From: Blepharisma stoltei ATCC 30299
Lineage: Eukaryota; Protista; Ciliophora
Direction of reading: 5' to 3'
Assembly (NCBI GenBank): GCA_965603825.1
Contig: CBFDEM010000055.1
Coordinates: 62,001-126,000 of the forward strand
Length of the DNA stretch: 64,000 nt
Positions within the stretch are counted from its first letter, which is position 1. Each line of letters opens with the position of its first letter. The notes under the pieces were generated by a model that did no database searches, was not told the origin of the DNA, and worked only from the letters and a program-made list of their open reading frames with translations. The position numbers and the translations under genes were made by a program. Positions 34,033 to 45,285 of the stretch are shown here, piece after piece.

Positions 34033-35433
34033 ATGAAATTTAAAATGCAACAGCAAGCAGCACATACTATTTCTCAGAAAAATAAATCTTTCCTTGGTCT
34101 AGAGGTAAAATTTAGCATACTAGCTTCATCTATCTCTAAAAAACATGTGAAATTATTTATTGCTAGAGTCATCATAAGAAGTATTCCTAAATGAAAAAGC
34201 TTAGACTCTATAGAAATCAGCTATTTCAATAAAATCAATTTTATGCAAGATAAAGAATTAATTGATCTTCTTATTCCGTTATTATGCCCAAAAATGTATG
34301 AAGATTTATGCATTGTCATCAAATTGTCAAATAAATCTAATTCCATCAGCTTAGCTGCTGCTAATGCAATTTCTATATTAAATAGGACAAATTTTGAATT
34401 CAGAAATTTAGATTTTAGAGGGATAAATATATCAAATTCCTGCTTATCAAAAAATGCATTTATTAACGTTAATTTTAAAGGAAGCTGTCTCAAAGGAGTA
34501 AATTTTTGCCAGTCAAAGCTATATGATTGTAATTTCAGAAATTGTGATTTTACAGAAGCTTTATTCTCTCGCTTAAAAATAATTGAAAAATTTGAAGGCT
34601 CTATTAAAAAGGTCATTATTTCTAAAGATGGAAAGCTTTTACTTTTATGCTGCGCTAGGAATACAATATTATGAGATTTAAACCTAAAAATGCAGCTTCA
34701 TTCATCTAATTTTATAAGTAAGAGTGCTGCCTTTTCACCATGTGGAAATTTGATTATCTTGGTAGATGAAGGAATAAAGGTATTTATTAAATGAGATAGA
34801 AAATTAGGGATTATCACAGAAAAAGCAAATACTAAATTAGTAAGGAGTCAAAAAATATATAACGTATGTTTTTCTCCTTGTGGAAAATATATACTTTTTT
34901 GAGGGAGTAATTTTATTGAATTGGAAGATTCGGTTTCTTTAAATATTTATAAAAAATGAAAAGCTTATCCTTATACGTTGCTTAATTTTACTAAATGTGG
35001 TAAATATATAATTTTTGGTGATAAAGGCTGAATAAAACAGATATCAATTGAAAGCGACAGAGTTGAAAAACTTATTCATATAAGTTGAATGGCGAAAGAA
35101 CTTACTTTTTCTCCGAGCCATAAGCATCTGAGCTGCAACGGTGGTAATCTTTTTATAATAAAATTTGAAACTCAAGAGCTAATTTTTGCAGAAGACATGA
35201 GTCGGAAAGGCTTCAATTACTCGACTTCTTGATCACCTTATAATGATAAAATTGTAGTTTCTGATGGAAATGGATTTTGCTTGTTTGATATAGAGAAGCA
35301 GGCTCCTGTAGCTCATATGAGAGAAAATTATAACAAAAATGACTCTATTTGTTATTCAAAATGCGGCAGATATGTTTTTATTGGTAAAAGTAATGGATTA
35401 CTAAAACTATGGGATTTGGAAAACATAGGATAA
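34033..35433 (+). CDS. Pentapeptide-repeat + WD40 protein, copy B (466 aa, single propeller)
   Basis: Open from ATG 34033 with TGA=Trp. AAANAISILNRTNFEFRNLDFRGINI; ends LLKLWDLENIG-TAA. Confidence 0.85.
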
Positions 35434-36296
35434 AAAAAGCCTGGGCTGATTGATGTTATTATAATTTCATTTACAGTGAATAAAATCACAATCTAATTAA
35501 ATATTACTGAGAAAAAAAGTAGATGAGAATATTTATTGATCTTGATGACATATTTATCATGGTTAAAAATTTAATTTCGGAAAAAGCGAGTGATAGCTGT
35601 GAATTTATACTGCCGTTTTAGTCTAAAATTCTAGAGAAAAGGCTTAAATAGAAATAAGCTTCAAGCTATATGAACAGACAACTACTGCTTATCTACTCTA
35701 AAAGATGAATCTTTGGTTAAAATCAAGCTAAGCAATTACAGAAATATTCTATTCCTTGATGGAATGAGAAAATAAAACAAAATGTATTCTTGGTTGGTCC
35801 ATGAAAGCCTTATATCAAGAATATGCATTCATTCAATTATGAAATTCCCCATTCAAGATAGAGTAAGCAGACTTAACGGGTAGGGCTTAACCCTTAATTA
35901 AAAGATTAAGTTTGCTTTTTTTCTTCTATTTTATTTTTTATCAGATTTATTCCCGTCAGAATTCATATTCATTCCATCTATAGCGTATTAGCAGTTCAGT
36001 TCGGCATTTTACAAATTCAAGGAGCTATACTTTCAGACTTCGAGCAGATCCAAGCCATAGAAAAATGTTCTTTAGCGAAGAGATATAAATGGATTTCTCG
36101 CGATTGAATTTCGGTTTGACTATTAGAGTTTTGTGTAATTTTTAGAAAAAGCCTACTTAAAATTGATAAAATTCCTTTATTATTTTTAAAATTGTTTAAA
36201 ATATTAAGTTTAGCAATTGAACCCATTCAGAAACCATCAAATCTTTCTTTTAAAAAATATGCTTATTTTATTTCAATAATTAAATTATTAAATTTG

Positions 36297-37337
36297 TTAT
36301 TGAAGACTTGCTTTGATTAAAGTAATCATCATTTGCCTCCTATATGTGTCTATAGAAGACTGGCTTGTAGCAAGCTGCTTTCCAATTGCTAGAGATTCTG
36401 CAATATTACATATAATAACCCCACTATCAACTCCACTTCCTCTAAAGCACTCAGAAGCTCTGTACTTATATTCCGGTATGTGTTCAGTCGTCAGTTTTTG
36501 AGCTCTTACTGCTCTGTGAATAAATTTATTTATAACTTTTGTAAAAATTTCAGTATCTGTGACATTTGTAAACGGATCAAAATACGTAATTGTATTTAAA
36601 TTCATATTCACTACTAGAAGTGACCAATAATTTGTGTATACCGGGAACATCAATAAATCATAGTTCAAAATATTAACTTTCGGTTGAATAATTGATCTCC
36701 CTTTAAGAATTAAAGCTTCTGAGAATTGGGAATCTGCAACCATCACCTTTGCAGCTACTTTGTTATAATTCAATAAATTGCGGTTCATTTGTACAATAAT
36801 CGACATATAGCAGTTAAGGATTTCTTCGCTAATGTTAAACCCTTCCCTGAATATTAAGAATTTGTCTGAGAGGATTTTTCTGTGGCCAATTTTAAATACT
36901 TTTCTTTCTTCACCAAACCTTGGGTCAAAAATCCAAAGAAAAGCGTCTTTAATTTTCCCCAGCTCAATTGAGTTGATTTTATTTGAAGGTTCCAGCTCTC
37001 TAAGTCTTTGGATTATTTCATGCTCAAGCTCTGAGTATTGTGGCTCATCATGAACAGAAGGAGTTGGAGAGCTGAAAAGGATCTCTGCACAGCACCCTAA
37101 TTTAAATTTCGACAAATTTCCTTGTGTTAAGTTGCTTTTGTTTGCACCTTTTCTTAAGAAGGTGGGCAAAAGATTGGATTTTTGGTTTTGCTTGCTGAAA
37201 ATTCGAGAGTAGGCAGAAGAGTGGCAAGGAAGAGACATCATTGCATCACTATCTGAGTCTACTAATGATCGGACAGAAGCGTCGTTATCACTAGAGTTAC
37301 CCTTTGGGTACCACTTCATTGCAGATACTGAACGCAT
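36297..37337 (-). CDS. Ulp1/SENP (peptidase C48)-fold protein, catalytic His and Cys substituted
   Basis: SEEILNCYM, LLMFPVYTNYWSLLVV, ITYFDPF, GVDSGVIIC. Confidence 0.75.
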   Translation of the reverse strand: MRSVSAMKWYPKGNSSDNDASVRSLVDSDSDAMMSLPCHSSAYSRIFSKQNQKSNLLPTFLRKGANKSNLTQGNLSKFKLGCCAEILFSSPTPSVHDEPQYSELEHEIIQRLRELEPSNKINSIELGKIKDAFLWIFDPRFGEERKVFKIGHRKILSDKFLIFREGFNISEEILNCYMSIIVQMNRNLLNYNKVAAKVMVADSQFSEALILKGRSIIQPKVNILNYDLLMFPVYTNYWSLLVVNMNLNTITYFDPFTNVTDTEIFTKVINKFIHRAVRAQKLTTEHIPEYKYRASECFRGSGVDSGVIICNIAESLAIGKQLATSQSSIDTYRRQMMITLIKASLQ

Positions 37338-37476
37338 ATATATTTATTTTAAGATTTCATTATCAGGTGTAAAAAATTAATTTTAGAAAATATCAATAAC
37401 TAATAGTTAGGAATAATTATGACCTTAATTTTAGATAAAATGGTCAGGTTTATTTTGTTATCTAATCTTTAATATA

Positions 37477-39714
37477 ATGTCGAACTCTGATCATAAACGT
37501 CAAAAATTGAGAGTTTTATTGGACGACCCATATCTCGAAAACTTTAGCAGTCATATAAAATCCCGATACGAACACTACCTATCCAAAAAACAAGAAATCG
37601 AAAATACTGAGGGATCTCTTTTGCAATTCGCCTTAGGTTACAATATTTTCGGAATCCACAAAACCCCTACAGGAATCATGTATAAAGAATGAGCTCCAGA
37701 TGCCGTTCTAGTCTGTCTATTTGGAGATTTCAATAATTGGCAACGAAATCAATATATAGGAAAACGTGATCAATATGGTGTATGGACTATTTTTATTCCC
37801 AACGAAAATAATCATTGTCCTATGCATGGCCAGAAATTAAAAGCTGGGCTGAAATTGAAAGACGGTAAATGGGTAGATAGAATTCCTGCCTGGGCAACTT
37901 ATTGTGTTCAAGACGAAGCTTCTAAAGGTTTTGATGCTGTCTTTTGGGATCCTGATGAGCCTTATAAATGGCAACATCCCCGACCAGAAACATTAAGAGC
38001 TTTAAAAATCTATGAAGCTCATATAGGAATGAGCTCTGAGCATGGAATTATAAATACTTACAATGATTTCACTGAAAATGTGCTACCAAAAATAGTGGAA
38101 ACTGGGTATAATGCAATACAACTTATGGCAATTATGGAGCATTCTTATTATGGGAGTTTTGGATACCATGTGACGAATTTTTTTGCAGTCAGCAGTCGAT
38201 ATGGAACCCCAGATGAGCTAAAACGCTTGGTAGATACAGCACATTCATATGGAGTTTATGTATTTTTGGATTTAATACATAGCCATGCTAGTTCAAATGT
38301 TTTGGATGGTATAAATCGATTTGATGGGTCAGACCATTACTATTTTCATGCAGGAAGAAAAGGGAGACATGAACTGTGGGATTCAAGATTATTTAATTAT
38401 AAAAACTGGGAAACCTTAAGATTTTTATTATCCAATCTTCGATGGTATATAGATGAATATCATTTTGATGGTTTCAGATTTGATGGAGTTACTTCAATGC
38501 TCTATAAACATCATGGGATAAGATTTTCTTTTTCAGGCGACTATCATGAATATTTCAATGAAAACATGGTTGACGCTGATGCTCATACATATATTATGCT
38601 TGCCAATGACTTAATTCACAAGCTAAATCCGAACGCAATTACTATAGCAGAAGATGTGTCAGGGATGCCTACACTTGGAAGACCAATCCCAGATGGAGGG
38701 TTTGGGTTTGATTACAGACTTAATATGTCAGTACCTGATAAATGGATAAAATTATTAAAAGAAGAAAAAGACGATCACTGAAATATGGGAGACATAGTAT
38801 TTACTCTCACAAATAGAAGGTGGAATGAAAAATGTATCGCTTATGCTGAAAGCCATGACCAAAGTATCGTAGGGGATAACACAATTGCTATGAAGCTATT
38901 TGGACCTGAGATTTATACAAATATGTCAATAGAAACTGAATATACGCTTGGAATTGATAGAGGAATTGCTCTTCATAAATTAATTAGGCTTATAACTCAC
39001 GCGATGGGAGGAGAAGGATATTTAAATTTTATGGGGAATGAGTTTGGACATCCTGAATGGGTTGATTTTCCAAGAGAAGGAAATGGATGGTCTTACCATT
39101 ACTGCCGCCGACAATGACATTTGAGAGACGACCCTCATCTTTATTATCATTATTTATGGGAATTCGACCGTGCTATGAATTTCTTAGAAGAAGAAGTTCA
39201 TTGGCTTACTTCTGATGAGCAGTACTATACTGTTCATGAAAAAGACAAAATCATCACTTTTGAGCGAGGAAGCAGGCTTTTTGTATTCAATTTTCATCCT
39301 ACACACAGTTTTGAGCATTATAGAATTGGAACTAAATGGCCATATGAGCATATAATTGAAATGGATACTGATGAAAGAAAGTTTTATGGTCATGGAAGGC
39401 TTCAACATGGACATGAAAATCCTTTCCCTATTATGAAGACTTCTTGGAACGGCAGACCAAATTATATCCAGATGTACTTACCGAGCAGAACTGGTATTGT
39501 TGTAAAACCCTTAATAAATGATGAAGAAAGGTTTAAATATGGACTAAAAACTGTGCAAGAGCTAAAAGAAATTGAAGCTAAAAATGAAAAAGAGAGGAGC
39601 TATGAAGCGTTAGTAACGGCAACTGTCGATATCTTAATTTTAGATGAAAAAGAAGAAAAAATCAGAATTAAAACAAAAGAAATCGAGCCAAAAGAGAAAG
39701 CTGAGACTTTATAA
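37477..39714 (+). CDS. GBE1: 1,4-alpha-glucan (glycogen) branching enzyme, GH13
   Basis: YKEW(TGA)[73 protein letters not shown](TGA). Confidence 0.97.
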
Positions 39715-39758
39715 AGAGCAATAAGATTAAATTAAAATAAAATACTGCTATATTAAAG

Positions 39759-40661
39759 ATGGATGCAGCACTCTCTGAATCTGGACTATTTCCCCAATAT
39801 TTGGTTACAGCTGATAGAAATCCAGAAAAAGAAAAAGTTCCTTATAGAGACAGTGAAATACCGAAAACTCAAAGAAAATCTGTAATCAATCGCATTTTAA
39901 GCAATAAAGAAAAACGAATGCCTATATCTGTTGATAAAGTTGGAAATATACTAAGGGCCGGAAGAGTTGTTAGGCTAAATTCTCCTACTAAAGGCTATGA
40001 ACTTACAAAAAGCGTTAACGATGTAAATTCTGAAGAAAAAAGAAGTAAAAGTCCAAGAGAAAATAGTGTTTTAATGCCTGAAGAGGTAAAAATTGATACA
40101 ATCACGAATTTCCTTCAAAAAACGTCTGAGTTGAGAAAAAAGAGCAGAGTTCCTGAAGTTGATTTAATGAAGAAGCAAGAATCTATAGAAGAAGAAAAAG
40201 AAGAAATAATAAAAGCTATAAATATACCTCCTCCAAAGCTGGATCATTTAAGAAGATCAGTCTCAGTTGCATGTATTAGTAAAATCAAACAAAGAAGCCA
40301 CAGCAAAACTACAAGCTCAGGGTTAGAATCAGCTGTTTCTTTTAGTAAAACTGAGAAATTGGATTTAAATCAGTTCAAAAAGGAAAATGAAAAGATAAGA
40401 AGATCGTCAACCGGAAATTTTATGAAGCCAACATTTTCATCAACTTTGGCTTATGCAAAATTAAAAGAGAGATTACTGCCGCAAATTGGAAGAACGCTAT
40501 CTAAAGAAGAATTAATTGGCAAATTGTCGCAAACAATGCCTAAGAAAAAGGGTTATTCAAGAATGAAATCGATAGAGTTATTGAGAACTTTGAAAATGGT
40601 TCGTGTTTATAAAGGCGAGAACGATAAAATTTTTGAAGAAAATTCAAATCTTAAAGATTAA
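39759..40661 (+). CDS. Hypothetical low-complexity basic protein
   Basis: 300-aa ORF, no recognised domain. Confidence 0.7.
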   Translation: MDAALSESGLFPQYLVTADRNPEKEKVPYRDSEIPKTQRKSVINRILSNKEKRMPISVDKVGNILRAGRVVRLNSPTKGYELTKSVNDVNSEEKRSKSPRENSVLMPEEVKIDTITNFLQKTSELRKKSRVPEVDLMKKQESIEEEKEEIIKAINIPPPKLDHLRRSVSVACISKIKQRSHSKTTSSGLESAVSFSKTEKLDLNQFKKENEKIRRSSTGNFMKPTFSSTLAYAKLKERLLPQIGRTLSKEELIGKLSQTMPKKKGYSRMKSIELLRTLKMVRVYKGENDKIFEENSNLKD

Positions 40662-41004
40662 TTAATGGTAATAATTTCTTGATATAAAAATTAATTAGCA
40701 AATAGATATATAGAAAATAATTTTTCAGCCTTATCGAATAATCGGGATAACTAAAATGTGATTTTTAAGAGCAAAATTATTGCTATGTACTTAATTTAAA
40801 AATCTATTTAATTTTATCTACTTTGAATTGGAAGGGCTATGGAGTGTTTATTCAACAATAATTTTATTTTGGGACAAAACATCACTCAAAAATTATCACT
40901 TCTATAAAATATTAAATTAGCTATATTCTTATAAATTCTTCATGGCATGAATGAGGTATCATTATTTAAAATAAATTAATACATAACGTTGATTAACAAA
41001 TAAT

Positions 41005-42594
41005 CTAATTTTTTGGCCTACGATTCAAATGGATTTTTTTCTTTGACTTCTGCCCAGAGTCAATTATCCATGGGTGCTCCATAGCTTCAACTGGGGTGAT
41101 TCTTGTCTCTGGATCGAAATCCAAACATTTCTTAATGAAATCAAAAAACTGCTCATTCGAACAATTCAATAACTGCTCTAAATTTTTGGTTCCCGGATAT
41201 CTCATAACTCCATGCTTATTTTGGATGATTTTAGGCTCATTATTTTCACTAAAAAACATATCGAATTTCGTACTTTGCTCTAACACGTTAGCAGGAGGTA
41301 CTCCACAGACTTCCATGATCAAAATAAGCTGTTCATGCTCACTTTCGCCAGGGAATAAAGGCTGCCCTGTATACAGCTCAAACATAATGCAGCCAAACGA
41401 TCACATATCGATTGCCATCGTATAAGGGATTCCTAATATTATTTCAGGTGCTCTGTAGAAGCGGCTTTGAATATAGGTATAAACTCTTTCGTTTAAAAAG
41501 CATGATGATCCGAAATCAATCACTTTGATAAAAGCTTTATCATTGCTGCGCAATAGGATGTTTTCTGGTTTTAAGTCGCAATGAACTATATTCTCATCTT
41601 TAATGTACTTTAAGGCAACTAATAGCTGAATTGCAAATTTTCTAATGAGGGTTAGTGATAAGCCTTCATATTTATTATTCTTCAAAAGCTCGTATAAATT
41701 GAAACCCAAAAGTTCAAAAGTCATGCATATGTGATTTCGAAAAATAAAGTAATTTCGAATCCTCACAATATTGTTTTTATCTTCTATGTCATTTTCTAGC
41801 AAAGTCTTTAAAACTCTGATTTCCACTGTTGCTTGCTGATGAAATTTTTTTTTATTTCTGATTATCTTTAAAGCTGTTTGTTCATGCCTTTTCCAATCAT
41901 AACACAAGCAAACTTGCCCAAAGCTGCCTTTTCCTAACAAGCTTACAATTTCGTAACGGTAGGCAATGTGGTCTCCTTTGATCAAGTAATAATCAGCTCT
42001 ATCATCATCGTATCCTCTATTTCTTCCTAGAGGATTTGGCTGAATTTTGCAGTTTCCTCTTCCAAAATAGTAAATATCAGGGTATTCCAATATTTCCCCT
42101 TTTTCGTATTCACTTAATTCTGATAAAAATTGAGTTAAAGCGACCTTTGGGGTAATTGGAAATACTGTTTCCTGCTTTGGGGATAATATTACTGAGTTTT
42201 TTAAGGAAAAATTCAAGTGGCTTAAGGATGCTGCTGAGTTATTATGGGTTGCTGATTGAACTCCTGCTCCTCTCACATTTTTTTTTAATTCTGTGCGCGA
42301 GGAATAAACTTTTATCAGACTTTGAATTGATGACGGTGATCCTAATTTCAAGCTGGCTTTTGAGGTGTTTTGGGGATTTTTGGCTTTTAATTTAAAACTA
42401 GGATTGTCAAGTGGTCTTAAAGTTTTTTCAGACGAATGAGCGCTTTTTTCTAAGTTCTTAGTGCCTCTAGACGAACTTACAAGATTCTTTTTAAGTAAAC
42501 TAATCGCTGTTTTAGGCGATGCAAGGCCAATATTTTCTTTCTTGTAAGTTTTAGATGCTGATTGGTTCATTTGTAATTTTGTTTTAATGTCCAT
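41005..42594 (-). CDS. DYRK class 2 (DYRK2/3/4-like) kinase
   Basis: DH box NRGYDDDRADY, LGKGSFGQV, HCDLKPEN, DFGSSC, YTYIQSRFYRAPE, IDMW(TGA)SFGC. Confidence 0.95.
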
Positions 42595-42680
42595 ATAGAT
42601 TATTCGGCATTATGTTAACATTCTAATGAAAAAATAATTTGCGCTATTTAGTAAGTAATGTTATTTAAATACATAATACA

Positions 42681-43358
42681 TTATTTGTATTTCTTTATAC
42701 AATTTTGAGTAAGAATATCAAAATCATTGATGTGGTTTAGCAATATTTTCCTTGAAATGGGTTGCAAATGAGTACCATAAAAAATAAGGCCTTCAAAATA
42801 TAAAATTCTTAGGATTTTTCCTATTTCACATCTTGAGTCTTGAGACAAAGAGGGTAAAATTCTAATTAAATTTTCAGGTGAAATCATTTTTCTTATTTCT
42901 TCTTGGAGATTTTCTATATCAGAAAGTTGATTTAATGCTTTTACACCCCATCATTTTTCTGCATCATCTCCATCTTGTATTAGATTTATAATAAAACTAT
43001 AAATGTTTTTTTCGACCAAAACCCCATCGACATATTTCTCTGTATATTCTCCTCAATAAAATATTGTTGCTGCTACTTTAGCTTCGATTGTTTTTGGAAA
43101 TAAATAGTCTCATTTACATATTTTTGATAATTCCTTCTGTGAAATTATTCTATTTCTTATATATTTCAAATTCATCATTAATAATTTTGACTGAAGTCTT
43201 GGGCTATTCATTGAAAAATCTGAGTCAAAAGAACTCAAAATGTCATTTTTATCATAAACTGCATCGCTTTCAGTGTAATTACGTTTATGGGATATATTCT
43301 GTCAAGATTTTATTTTGCTCTTTTGCTCACTCGTATGAGACGATGAAGATAAACCCAT
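42681..43358 (-). CDS. Hypothetical 225-aa protein (MGLSSS N-myristoylation-like start; helical-repeat-like C-half)
   Basis: Open from ATG 43358 to TAA only if four TGAs are Trp. The track shows only the last 68 aa. Confidence 0.7.
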
Positions 43359-43590
43359 AATAAAATTGCAAATTTAATGAATTTCTTGCATACCAAGCAT
43401 TATTTTAAAAAATAATTTTAAATTATATGAATTTTATGTGTGGTATGATCTAACTTTATCCTTAAATGCTTATAATGGTTAAGCCTTTTAACCAGTTTCA
43501 TTTTTAAAAAATATAAAGTAATTCAAAAAAGTTAATAATTGCAACTTTATATAAATAGATTCTAATGTATTAATAAACGATATACTTTAT

Positions 43591-43815
43591 AAAAGAGGTC
43601 GCAGACCACCAGATTTATAATCAAGTTATCAGGAGTCAAATATTGAATGCCTTTAACTGTGAAAGTTAAGAGGCTAAGGGATCATCGGGTCCTCAGTGCA
43701 GAAACGCACGTGGAACACAAGAAACCTCTTCAACCTGACACCATCCTCCCCGAGAATGATCCAGCTTGCGCCCTCAATATTCTAGTTCTCAAAGCAATAA
43801 ATACTCAGCCATTTT
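43591..43815. ncRNA. Candidate structured non-coding RNA, family unidentified
   Basis: GC-enriched island in AT-rich intergenic DNA with nested complementary helices: 43639-46/43774-81, 43649-58/43664-74, 43679-89/43749-62, 43696-99/43706-09, 43597-600/43604-07. Confidence 0.6.
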
Positions 43816-44204
43816 TGTAAATTTTATTTAAGGGATTTAATATTAAATCTTCATCAAAATTAAATTCCTTATAATTTTTTCTTTATTTTAATGCTTGGAT
43901 GAAAATAGAATCTTGAATAATAAGGAATGAAATATGATACTCTCTCAAATCCTCTGCTGCATTTAAATCTTACAAGTTCAAATTAATTTTTTCAACATTT
44001 GTGTAATATCAGATTAAAATTTTTATTTTTTCTGATTAAAACGATATTCACGCACAATTTATCGAAAAAATAAGAATTCCCTGAACTTTATCTAATTTTC
44101 AACCCAGCTTATGATATTTTTTATTTCTGTATATCTTTATCAACGCTAATGTCAGAATTTTACATTGAGATTTATGCAAGATATTAATATTTATTGGCTG
44201 CAAT

Positions 44205-45269
44205 ATGTCAAGCTATTTAGGTAAACAACCTAAAAGAAAGAGACTTAAAGTGTTTGAGTCTTTGACTGATGCTCATGATGAACCTGTGGCAGTTACTCGA
44301 ATGCTGGAAGTTTCCAATGTCCCTTGCATCTCTACTTTACTTGCCCATTCTAGAACATTTGGTGAAATTCAACTTTTCGATTCATCCAGAGCTGCTTGCG
44401 GAATCTTCAGAATTGCCTATTACGATATCCGCGACGCAGAAAAGGCTAAAAACGAATTAGAATCCTCATATGACATCTCATATGCTTCCCCAGGCTCTGA
44501 TTCAAAATTTTCTGACTATATAATTGTTCCTCAAGCAAATTTTATCTATCATGCTTATCTTCGGTACGGAGAAATCATGAGCACAGAAGTAATAGGCGCT
44601 TATATAATAGTTCGGTATTTTGATGTAAGAGCTTCTAAACGAACTTATTCAGAACCATATGAATTCGAAGAAGATCAATTCTTCGAAAATGAGTTTCACG
44701 ACACTCCCCTTCTCTCTTCGCAGCTTGATCTAAGCATAAGCTCAGAGTCCACATCTCCAAGTCCTTACTTTTTCTTCGGTTCTGAAAGTTCAAGCCGAGA
44801 AAGCCCTTACGATGACCGCAAAAAGCCTCGGAAAAAGCCTCTCGATGAAGAAGAAAAAATGTTTTTTATTATTAGGCTAGAAACACTTCTATCTGGAGAA
44901 GAAACTAGGACAACGGTGATGATCAAAAACATCCCTAACAAATACACCCAGCAGATGCTGCTAGATAGCATTGATAAGCACTTTTCTAAGACTTACGACT
45001 TCTTCTACCTGCCAATTGACTTTAAAAACAAGTGCAATGTAGGGTACGCGTTTATTAACTTCTTGGAGCCTGTTACCATTGTCAAGTTCTATGAAGAGTA
45101 CAATGGAAAGCGCTGGGAAAGGTTTAACAGTGAAAAAATCTGTGCTCTTGCCTATGCACGCATACAAGGAAGGCAAGGATTAATCCAGCACTTTCAATGC
45201 TCATCTGTGATGAACCAAGACGACACCAAGGTAAAGCCTCTTATTCTCCAAATTAATCCTCAATTTTAA
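44205..45269 (+). CDS. Mei2-like RNA-binding protein
   Basis: Diagnostic C-terminal RRM: RTTVMIKNIPNKYTQQML...YDFFYLPIDFKNKCNVGYAFINF...YARIQG. Two degenerate N-terminal RRMs (YYDIRDA, YFDVRAS). Confidence 0.92.
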   Translation: MSSYLGKQPKRKRLKVFESLTDAHDEPVAVTRMLEVSNVPCISTLLAHSRTFGEIQLFDSSRAACGIFRIAYYDIRDAEKAKNELESSYDISYASPGSDSKFSDYIIVPQANFIYHAYLRYGEIMSTEVIGAYIIVRYFDVRASKRTYSEPYEFEEDQFFENEFHDTPLLSSQLDLSISSESTSPSPYFFFGSESSSRESPYDDRKKPRKKPLDEEEKMFFIIRLETLLSGEETRTTVMIKNIPNKYTQQMLLDSIDKHFSKTYDFFYLPIDFKNKCNVGYAFINFLEPVTIVKFYEEYNGKRWERFNSEKICALAYARIQGRQGLIQHFQCSSVMNQDDTKVKPLILQINPQF

Positions 45270-45285
45270 TCAATTTTTTTAGAAA

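Larger units (their letters stand above)
29515..34190 (+). repeat. Tandem segmental duplication (~29515-32012 vs ~32029-34190; 2177-nt offset over the WD region)
   Basis: Near-identical coding, 3' flank and downstream-gene 5' sequence appear twice, e.g. ORFs 30895 and 33072. Confidence 0.92.

Noticed and set aside
29515-35433. CRISPR array or transposon
   Set aside because: The repeats are kb-scale gene duplications. No short repeat-spacer pattern, terminal inverted repeats or transposase motifs were seen.
36017-36226. 69-aa minus-strand ORF
   Set aside because: Short, AT-rich and without motifs; cannot be distinguished from chance.
43729-43745. Telomerase RNA template (CAACCTGACACC)
   Set aside because: Two mismatches to the heterotrich CCCTAACA repeat register. 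A template must match exactly.
43686-43752. Hammerhead ribozyme (CUGAGGA on the minus strand next to a stem)
   Set aside because: The required GAAA and NUH elements are not in the right positions.
44933-44940. CCCTAACA telomere unit
   Set aside because: Single copy inside the conserved IPNK codons of the Mei2-like gene.
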